Assembly: GCA_963728205.1 (NCBI GenBank)
Contig: CAVSIV010000006.1
Coordinates: 896,001 to 960,000, forward strand
DNA: 64,000 nucleotides
Direction of reading: 5' to 3'
DNA from: an uncultured Chloroflexia bacterium
Lineage (GTDB): Bacteria > Chloroflexota > Dehalococcoidia > UBA2979
How positions within the stretch are numbered: the stretch's first letter is position 1; every line of letters begins with the position of its first letter. This document shows positions 38,204 through 46,100 of this stretch, piece by piece. A program made the position numbers and the translations under genes. A model generated the notes under the pieces. It had not been told where the DNA came from. It saw only the letters and a program-made list of their open reading frames with translations, and made no database searches.

Positions 38204-39226
38204 CTATCGCACGACGAGCACGATCGTCCCGGTGGGCACGCCCGACGGGAACGCAGCGTCGAACGTCGCGTTCACGAACGCCGGCGCGCCGGGGATCAGC
38301 ACGAGCGACCGCCCCCCGACGAACGTCGTCACCGACACGCCGCCCGCCGCCGTCACGGCCGCCGCGAGCTGCGCGACCGTGCCGCCGTTCCAGATCGCGG
38401 CGGTCACGCCGACGCTCGTGATCGCGCGGTCCAACGCCCCCACGATCCCGACGCCGGGACTCGGCGCCGTCACGGTCGGCGGGTAGAGCACGGCGAGCGC
38501 GGCGATGTCGTCCGGCTGGAGCAGGTACGGTGTCTGGCAGGCGATGTCGGTCGGCGCCATGATCGCGGTCGGGTCGAGCGAGTGGCCGACGCCGATCGTG
38601 TGCAGCAGCTCGTGCGTGATCGTGTGCTGCAGGTCGCGGTAGGTCGGGCTGCCGGGGCAGGCGAAGTCGTAGGCGTCGCTCAGGAAGACGCGCGCGGAGC
38701 GCAGGTCGCTCCATCCCGGCTGCGTCGCCGACGGCACGCCGGAGTAGACCGCGCGGCCGGTCTCGGCGATCTGGCCCCAGCCGATCACGATCGCATACGA
38801 GGTGTCCTGCGTGCAGAGCTCCGCGCGCGTCGCGGGCCCGGCGTCGACGAGCGTCAGCCCCCCGCGCAGCTCCGCGTTGATCTGCTGGATGGAGGCGTCG
38901 AACGCCTGCTGCGCGATCACGGCGCTCAGCGCTGACGCGGGTCCCGAGAGATCCGTCCCGTTCAGCACGCAGGTCCCCCCGCCCCAGGACGAGTAGAGAT
39001 CGACGCGGGTGCGGTCGACCCACTTGAAGTTCTCGAGCACATAGCCCGGGAATGGCGCGCTCGCCTCGTCCGGCGACCCGACGAGCGTGCCGGCGTGCAC
39101 CGCTTCGCCGCCGCCGAGGGTCGCCGCGGAGAGGGCGAGCAGCGCGACCGCGACGGCAATCGCGCGGCCCAGCCGCGCCGCGGTCGCGCGCGCTCGGTGC
39201 TCCCGCGGCGGCGGTCGTGACCCCAT
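38204..39226 (-). CDS. Secreted matrixin-family (metzincin) zinc metalloprotease
   Basis: Signal peptide; HELLHTIGVGHS zinc motif plus AIMAP Met-turn; C-terminal PGAPAFVN domain. Confidence 0.85.
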   Translation of the reverse strand: MGSRPPPREHRARATAARLGRAIAVAVALLALSAATLGGGEAVHAGTLVGSPDEASAPFPGYVLENFKWVDRTRVDLYSSWGGGTCVLNGTDLSGPASALSAVIAQQAFDASIQQINAELRGGLTLVDAGPATRAELCTQDTSYAIVIGWGQIAETGRAVYSGVPSATQPGWSDLRSARVFLSDAYDFACPGSPTYRDLQHTITHELLHTIGVGHSLDPTAIMAPTDIACQTPYLLQPDDIAALAVLYPPTVTAPSPGVGIVGALDRAITSVGVTAAIWNGGTVAQLAAAVTAAGGVSVTTFVGGRSLVLIPGAPAFVNATFDAAFPSGVPTGTIVLVVR

Positions 39227-39609
39227 TGCCCCCCACCCTTCGCCCGCGGCGCGGGTCCGTCCCGCGCGTCATCGTGCGCCGCTAAGCCACGGCGCCGCCT
39301 GGCTGCCGATGGTCACGGGCCCAGCGCCGAGCACCCGACCCGTCTGGCGAGGAGTCGCCCTGATCCGGCCGCGGAGGCGCAGGGTAGCCCCCGCTCGCCG
39401 CTCGCGGGCGATGCCCCTGCCGGAGCCGGCTGATCACTGGAAGATCGCGCGGCTCGTGCTCGCGAGCATCCCGCTCACGACGCTGGTCCCTGTGTCCGGC
39501 CTTCCAAGCCCGATCGGCGCCGACGTCACCCCTGCTCACGCCTGGCGGGGCGGAGTGCAGCGGTTGACCCGTGCGAAACCGTGAAGACACGGACGGATTC
39601 GATCGGCAC

Positions 39610-39654
39610 GGGCATGCCCCGGGCCGCTCGGCCGTAAGAGCCCGGGGCATGCCC
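39610..39654. repeat. 15-bp perfect inverted repeat (REP-like/terminator hairpin)
   Basis: GGGCATGCCCCGGGC-N15-GCCCGGGGCATGCCC. Confidence 0.6.
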
Positions 39655-39839
39655 ACCAGAGGGGAGCAGGCCCACGAGCGCCGACCATCGCGTGCGGAGC
39701 CCCCGGGGGACTTGCGGCGGGGCGCATAGTGTGGCTGTCGCCCGCGTCGCTGCGGCGCGCGGCGAGCGTCAGGGCCGGCGCGAGAGGCGGTCCGCGCGCG
39801 ACGGTGGTGGTCGCGATGCGGGGCCGGAGGAGGCACACG

Positions 39840-40886
39840 GTGGTCGGGACGCCACAGCCGCCCGCCGATCGGATCGCCGCGGCACGCGACGCGGTCGGCG
39901 AGCACGCGGGCGATGACTACGTGATCGCGCCCACGCAGCACGCCGCCGCGCTGAGCGGGGCCGCGCCGCAGCTGGCCGACGTGCTGCGCGGGTCCGGCCC
40001 GGAAACGGACGCCGCCGAGTACGAGCGGCTCGACGCGGACGCAATCGGCGCACAGCACGACTTCAAGCGGACGGCCGCCCGCGCCAACGGCGCGATTCTG
40101 CTGACGACGTGGCTGGGCGCTGCGGTGCTCGCCGCGAGCACGCTCGACGGCCTCCTCGGCTCGGAGGTGAGCCGAGTCGTCGCGGTGGCATGCGGTGCCG
40201 CCGGCGTGGTTGCGGGCGCACTCGGCGCGATGTGGCTGCAGCGCCTCAAGCGAGGCGAGTTGTTCAATCGCTGGATGCGCGCGCGCGCCCGCGCCGAGGC
40301 GCAGCGGGTGCGGTACTTCGAGCGAGTCGTCTCGGCCCCCGACCCCGGCGGCGGGTCGCCGCCGCTTCCGCTGCTCCAGCTCGAGTACGTGCGTCGCTAC
40401 CTGCTCGACGTCGAGCTCGCCTTCTACCGTCGTCGCGGCGCAGACCACCGGCGCGGAGCCGACCGCTCGCTCCGGCTGGAGGGCATCGCGCTCGTGCTCG
40501 CGACCGTCGGCACGGGCATCGGCGCGTTGCTCGTCGCCGCCGCGGGCGCCGAGCTCGCCGCCGCCAGCGCCCTGGGGATCGCCGGCGCGGCGCTCGCCGG
40601 CTTCGCGCAGAGCCGCGAGGCAGTGACGCAGGACGCGCGCAACGCCGAGCGCTACGAACGCACGCGGGAGGCACTGGTCGCGGTCCGCGAGCGGCTCGAC
40701 GCCGTCCGCGCCGCCGCCGCCGTCGGCGACGCCGACCCGGTACGGCACTTCTTCGAGAGCGTGGTCGAGCAGGTCTCGGTCGAGCACCGCCAGTGGCTCG
40801 ATGCTGCCGAGCAGGCGCGCGGCGCGATCGGCCGGCTCGAGGAGGCGCTCGAGCGCAGCCGCGCCGCGACCGCGCCAAACTCATAG
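39840..40886 (+). CDS. Tandem SLATT (DUF4231-like) membrane protein
   Basis: Two 2-TM units; RWMRARARAEAQR and AFYRRR...RYERTREAL...VSVEHRQW motifs; RBS GGAGG before GTG 39840. Confidence 0.7.
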   Translation: MVGTPQPPADRIAAARDAVGEHAGDDYVIAPTQHAAALSGAAPQLADVLRGSGPETDAAEYERLDADAIGAQHDFKRTAARANGAILLTTWLGAAVLAASTLDGLLGSEVSRVVAVACGAAGVVAGALGAMWLQRLKRGELFNRWMRARARAEAQRVRYFERVVSAPDPGGGSPPLPLLQLEYVRRYLLDVELAFYRRRGADHRRGADRSLRLEGIALVLATVGTGIGALLVAAAGAELAAASALGIAGAALAGFAQSREAVTQDARNAERYERTREALVAVRERLDAVRAAAAVGDADPVRHFFESVVEQVSVEHRQWLDAAEQARGAIGRLEEALERSRAATAPNS

Positions 40887-40926
40887 CAGCATCCGTCACG
40901 CCCGGGCCGGGCGAGGAGATCCAACC

Positions 40927-42132
40927 GTGTCCTTCCCCCGCCGGGTGCGCGGCAGCGGGTCCGCATCCACGGCACCGTTCCGCATCGTCGCGCGCGCCCC
41001 CGGGCCGTCGTGGCCGCGTCGCGCGGGGCGGACGGTCGTCTTCGTGCTCGGCGTGCTGATCTTCCTGGCGGGGCTGCTCCTCGCGGTCCCGACACTGCTC
41101 CTGCTGATCGTGCTCCCGCTTGCGACGTTCGCAGGCGACGGGACGTCGCCGGGCGACTGGCTCTGGCTCGCCGGCCTCGGTCCGGGTGCGATCCTGCTGC
41201 TGTTCCTCGGGCTGCGGCTCGTGCGCGCCCGCCGGTACCTCGTCGTCTTCCTGCGCCGGTTCGGCTTCAACGACGCGTCGGCGGCGCTGACCTTCGCGGT
41301 GGGCGGCGCGCTGGGCCGGCGCTGGCGGCTGGTGACGCTCGACGACTCGCGGATCGAAGCGGTGGGCGTGGGCCGCGGCACGCGCCTCACGTGGGGCGCC
41401 GGGCAATGGCTGTCGCTGCTCGCGCTGGCGATCGTCGTCGCGCTCGTGCTGCGCTGGTGGTTCGGCGGCGGGCCGGAAGGCATCGTCGGCGGCATCTGGG
41501 ACGGCCTGTACACGGGCGCCGAGGAGAACGGCTCGAACCCGCTCGAGGCGGCGTTCGTCGCCTTCATCGGCACGCTGGTCGTCGGCCTCGTCGTGCTGTC
41601 GCTGATCGTGGGGCTGCTCGCGGCCGCGATCTCCGCGCTCGGCGTCGCGTCGCTCGCGTCGTGGCGGGCGAACCGAGCCGTGCACCGGGCCGAACGCGCG
41701 AAGGCGCTCAACGTCGACGACGCGTCCGCGGTGGCCGGCGCGGTGGACCGCGTGCTCGCGCGCTCGCGCGGCATCCAGGCCCCGCGGCTCGTGGTGCTCC
41801 GCGTCGCCGACGCCTGCTGGCGCGACGTCGTGCGCGCACTCGCCGAGGAAGCGGACGTCGCGATCGTCGACGTCTCGGACCCCACGGAGCACCTCGCGTG
41901 GGAGGTTGCGACGCTGCAGTCGCCGGGCGTGCGCGCGCGGCCGCTGATGATCGGCCGGCGCGATCGCGTCGAGGCGCTGGCGGCGGTCGAGGCGGCCGGC
42001 GGCGGCGCGGCGGCGCGTCTGCGGGAGCAGCTGCGGGGCGAGACGGTGCTGGTCTACGACGACATCCTCGAACGGGGGGCGCTGCGCCGGTTCGCGCGGG
42101 CGCTGGCCGGTGCGCTGGAGCGGACGCCGTAG
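40927..42132 (+). CDS. Membrane protein with TIR-like alpha/beta domain
   Basis: Multiple TMs; VFLRRF, WRDVVRALAEEADVAIVDVSDPTEHLAWEV; RBS GAGGAG. Confidence 0.6.
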   Translation: MSFPRRVRGSGSASTAPFRIVARAPGPSWPRRAGRTVVFVLGVLIFLAGLLLAVPTLLLLIVLPLATFAGDGTSPGDWLWLAGLGPGAILLLFLGLRLVRARRYLVVFLRRFGFNDASAALTFAVGGALGRRWRLVTLDDSRIEAVGVGRGTRLTWGAGQWLSLLALAIVVALVLRWWFGGGPEGIVGGIWDGLYTGAEENGSNPLEAAFVAFIGTLVVGLVVLSLIVGLLAAAISALGVASLASWRANRAVHRAERAKALNVDDASAVAGAVDRVLARSRGIQAPRLVVLRVADACWRDVVRALAEEADVAIVDVSDPTEHLAWEVATLQSPGVRARPLMIGRRDRVEALAAVEAAGGGAAARLREQLRGETVLVYDDILERGALRRFARALAGALERTP

Positions 42133-42349
42133 CGCGTGCCGCGCGAGCCCGTTCGACGGCCGCAGTACTCGGACTCCCTGCTCGGCGCGGCGCGGGCGCG
42201 CGACCAGCGTCGCCGGGCGCGAATGTCGTGACTCGCCCGCGCACCTCGGCCTCACGGCGCGGCAGGCCGGGTCGGCAACAGTCCCCGTCGGACCGGAGCG
42301 TCGCAACGGCGGGGGCGCGATTCCCCGCACCTGCATATGATCCGCCGCA

Positions 42350-43114
42350 GTGACGCGAAACCGACAGACGGCCGACGGCACGTTCTCAGGATGTCCGAGC
42401 TGGACCAGACGCAGGGACCCGCCGCGCCTCGCCAGCCGCTTCGTGCACTGCTGGCTGCTGAATCTCGACCTTGATGCCGCGCCGCTGCACGAGTCGTACG
42501 CGTTGCTGTCCTCGGACGAACAGCGTCGAGCGGAGTCGTTCCTGGTTCCACGTGACCTGGAGCGCTACATCGCGGGACGAGGATGGCTACGCCGCATGAT
42601 GGCCCGATACCTCGGGTGCTCAGCCAGCGACGTCGCGCTGCGGGTCGGTCCGCATGGCAAGCCGGAGCTCGCGGCGCCGGGACAGAGCCTCCAGTTCAAC
42701 GTGGCCCACTCGGGACCGCTACTCCTGGCGGCATTTGGCCGCGGCCCCGGCCTCGGAGTGGACATCGAACGCATGCCCGAAGCCTGGCCCCTGGAGGGAC
42801 TCGATGCCGGGGTGCTGTCCCCCGCCGAGATGCAGGTGCTCGCGCAGGCATCCCCCCGGGATCGACAGGATCAGTTCCTCGCGTACTGGGTCCGCAAGGA
42901 GGCTGTGCTGAAGGCGGAGGGCTCCGGGATGATGGTGTATCCGCCGAGCGCCGTATCCGTGGTGCCGGCAGGCGCGTCGCCATCGATCACGGTCCGCTGC
43001 GGCGATGCCCTGTACACGGTGGTCGACATCTCGATCGATGAGGAGTACCGGGGAGCGCTCGCGATTGCGTCTCCGGGGCGGGCACCGTGGGTGCGTTGCT
43101 ACCGGTTCGGCTAA
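42350..43114 (+). CDS. Sfp-type 4'-phosphopantetheinyl transferase
   Basis: LSSDEQRRA, GPHGKPEL, FNVAHSG, LGVDIE, WVRKEAVLKAEG. Confidence 0.93.
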   Translation: MTRNRQTADGTFSGCPSWTRRRDPPRLASRFVHCWLLNLDLDAAPLHESYALLSSDEQRRAESFLVPRDLERYIAGRGWLRRMMARYLGCSASDVALRVGPHGKPELAAPGQSLQFNVAHSGPLLLAAFGRGPGLGVDIERMPEAWPLEGLDAGVLSPAEMQVLAQASPRDRQDQFLAYWVRKEAVLKAEGSGMMVYPPSAVSVVPAGASPSITVRCGDALYTVVDISIDEEYRGALAIASPGRAPWVRCYRFG

Positions 43115-46100
43115 ACGCGCCGCGCCGCAGCGCCCGGCAGCGGGCCGGAGCGGCCCTCCAGCACCTCGTCGATGCAGCGTCGAAGCTCCGCGGCGAGCAT
43201 GCGCACGTTCGGCTCGGTGAGCATGTTCGCGTGCGACGCAGGGATGCGCCTGACATCGAGCCCGTCCGTCGCGAAGTCCTGCCATCGCATGCGGGGATCG
43301 CCGTCCAACCCACCATCGCCGTAGTCTTCGTCGCCCCAGAAGAGCGTGACCCGACCCCGGAACGGGCCCGGGCGGTAGGTCGCGACGGCCTGCAAGGAGA
43401 GGCTGCCGGCCGCGGCCGGCCGCGCCCTCGGCGACTGTGGCCGCAGTCGTGACCGCCAGTACCGAACACGCTTTGCGACGTAGTCGACCTTGCCCGTGAA
43501 GCTGCGCCTCCTCAGGGCGACGACGTGTCGTCGCAGCGTCGGTCTGAATCCGCGCAGCGCCGCCGGGCAATTCGTGTCGAGGAGCGCCACGAGGCCGAGT
43601 TGCCTCCCAGTGGCTTGGAGCACGCGAGCGACCTCGAAGGCGACTACGCCGCCCGTCGAGTGACCCACGACGAAACAGGGGCCGGCGGGCTGGAACCTAC
43701 AGATTTCCTCGGCTGCCTCGCGGGCCATCTCCGGGATGCCGGCGTCCCGCGCATCGCCCGGTCGCGGCGCTCGGTGAAGGAGCAGGTAGGACGGCTGATC
43801 CGGACCGAGGTGCCGTGCCAGGTGGCGGTAATTCAGGCCGTACCGGTCGGCGGAGTGCATGAAGTAGATCGGCGGCCGCTCTCCGAATGGCTGCATCGCG
43901 ACGAGCCTCTGCTCCCGGCTGACGACGCCGGCCTCGATGACGCCGGCCAGCCGCTCGATCGTTCCGGCTTCGAACAGGGCGCTGATCGGAAGGCGCACGC
44001 CGAACGCCTGCTCGATCTCCCAGAACAGCCGCGCGGCCAGGAGCGAGTGCCCTCCCAGCGCAAAGAAGTCCGCGGTGACGCTGACGGAGTCGATCGAAAG
44101 CACCCTCTGCCAGATCTCGGCGAGACGCCGCTCGGCATCGGTCCGCGGCCCCACGCACTCCGTGCCGTCCGGGCGGGTCGTGTTCGACGCCGGCAGTGCC
44201 CCCCGGTCGACCTTGCCGTTCGGGCTCAGGGGCAGCGATGCGAGCCAGACGATACGCGCGGGGATCATGTACGCGGGAAGCCGTTGCGCGAGAAACCGCC
44301 GCAGCGTTTCCGTGGAGGGCCTCCGGTCGCCCCGCTCCGAGACGTACGCCACCAGCGAGCGGTTCCCGAGGCCATCCGCCTCGGCAACCACCGCGCAATC
44401 GCCGACGCCATCGCACTCCGCGAGCGTGGCCTCAATCTCGCCGGGCTCGACCCTGAATCCGCGCACTTTGACCTGATTATCGCGGCGGCCGACGAACTCG
44501 AGACTGCCGTCGGGAAGGAAGCGGACGATGTCGCCGGTACGGTACAGCACGCCGCCGCTCTCACCGGCGAATGGGTTCCGCACGAACCGCTCGGCGCTCA
44601 ACTCCGGGCGCGCCAGGTATCCGAGCGCAACGCCTTCACCGCCGATGTAGAGCTCCCCGCGAACGCCCGGCGGAACCGGCTGCATCCGAACGTCGAGCAC
44701 GTACACGGTGGTGCGCGAGATGGGCCGCCCGATGGGGATGGTGTGTGCGCCCGCCGGGACTTCCGTCACCTCATGCGAGGTGGCGAAGGTAGTGGTCTCC
44801 GTCGGGCCGTAGACGTGCAGCAACCTGGCGGGAGGACCTGCCCTCAGGACCTCGCGAACCGACCGCACGTCGGCGGACTCGCCGCCGAACAGCACAACCC
44901 GGAGCGTGCGAAAGGCATCGGGACGTGCGCTCGCAACCAGGTTGAACAGTGCCGTCGTCAGGAACATCACGGTCACGCCGTGTCTCACGACGTGCTCCGC
45001 AAGTGCGCTCGCGGACAGGATCGTGTCCTGAGACGGGATCACGACCATGGCTCCGTTCAGGAGCGCGCCCCAGATCTCGAATGTCGCTGCGTCGAACGAA
45101 GGATTGGAGACATGCGCAACTCGATCGGACTCGACGACCTGGCAGAAGTCGGCGTGGACGACGAGTCGTAGCACGCCACGTTGCGGAACCAGCACGCCTT
45201 TCGGCTTCCCGGTCGAACCAGACGTGTACATCACGTACGCGGGGTCGTCCGGGCTTCCCGCGGTCCCGGGGTTCGAAGCGGGTTGAGCGTCGATCGCCGC
45301 GTCGGCGTCGAGCCGCACGCAGGTTGCGGGTCGAGACGGCAACGACGCGCGGTGTGCGCTCGTGGTCAGCACGACCGACGGCGCTGCTTCATCGACGATG
45401 AACGCGAGGCGCTCGGCGGGATAGCCGGGGTCGAGCGGAACATATGCAGCTCCGAGCTTGATGACGGCCACGAGTGCAACGAGCATGTCGATGGACCGGT
45501 CCATGCACACCCCGACGGTGGACTGTCTCGAAACGCCCAGCGACCGGAGGTAGTGCGCGACCTGGTTCGCGCGCGCGTTCAGGGCGCCATATGTGAGCTC
45601 GCGCGCGCCATCCGACACCGCGATCCTCGCGGGGCCGGCGCTCACCTGCTGCTCGAAGCGCTGCGCCAGCGTCCCGGCGAGGGACGGCGCGGAGTCCGCG
45701 CCGCTCCAGTCGTCCAGGATCTGGCGCCGCTCGCTCGTGGAGAGGATCGGTGCATCCGCGACGGGCAGATCTGGGCCGGCGGCAACCGCGGCGAGCAGTG
45801 CAGCGTAGTGGGCCATCAGGCGCCGGATCGTCTCGGGATCGTACAGGTCCGCGTTGTACTCGAACTCGACGCGCGTGAGCGGGAACCCTTCGGCGGGCCG
45901 CGTAGCATCGCCGCCTGCTCGCCGCGGGGTGACGATGACGTTGATGTCGAACTTCGCGGAGTAGTTGTCCGGGTAGTCAAGCGCCACCTCGAGACCGTGC
46001 AGGTCGAGCCGCGGCAAGTGCGCGTCGTGGGAGCTGAACGCGACGTTGAATAGCGGATTGCGACTGAGGTCGCGATCGGGGTGAAGCTCGGCAACGAGCC

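Noticed and set aside
39230-39600. Small ORFs or riboswitch upstream of the metalloprotease
   Set aside because: No convincing RBS or coding pattern; no match to riboswitch consensus sequences I could recognise.
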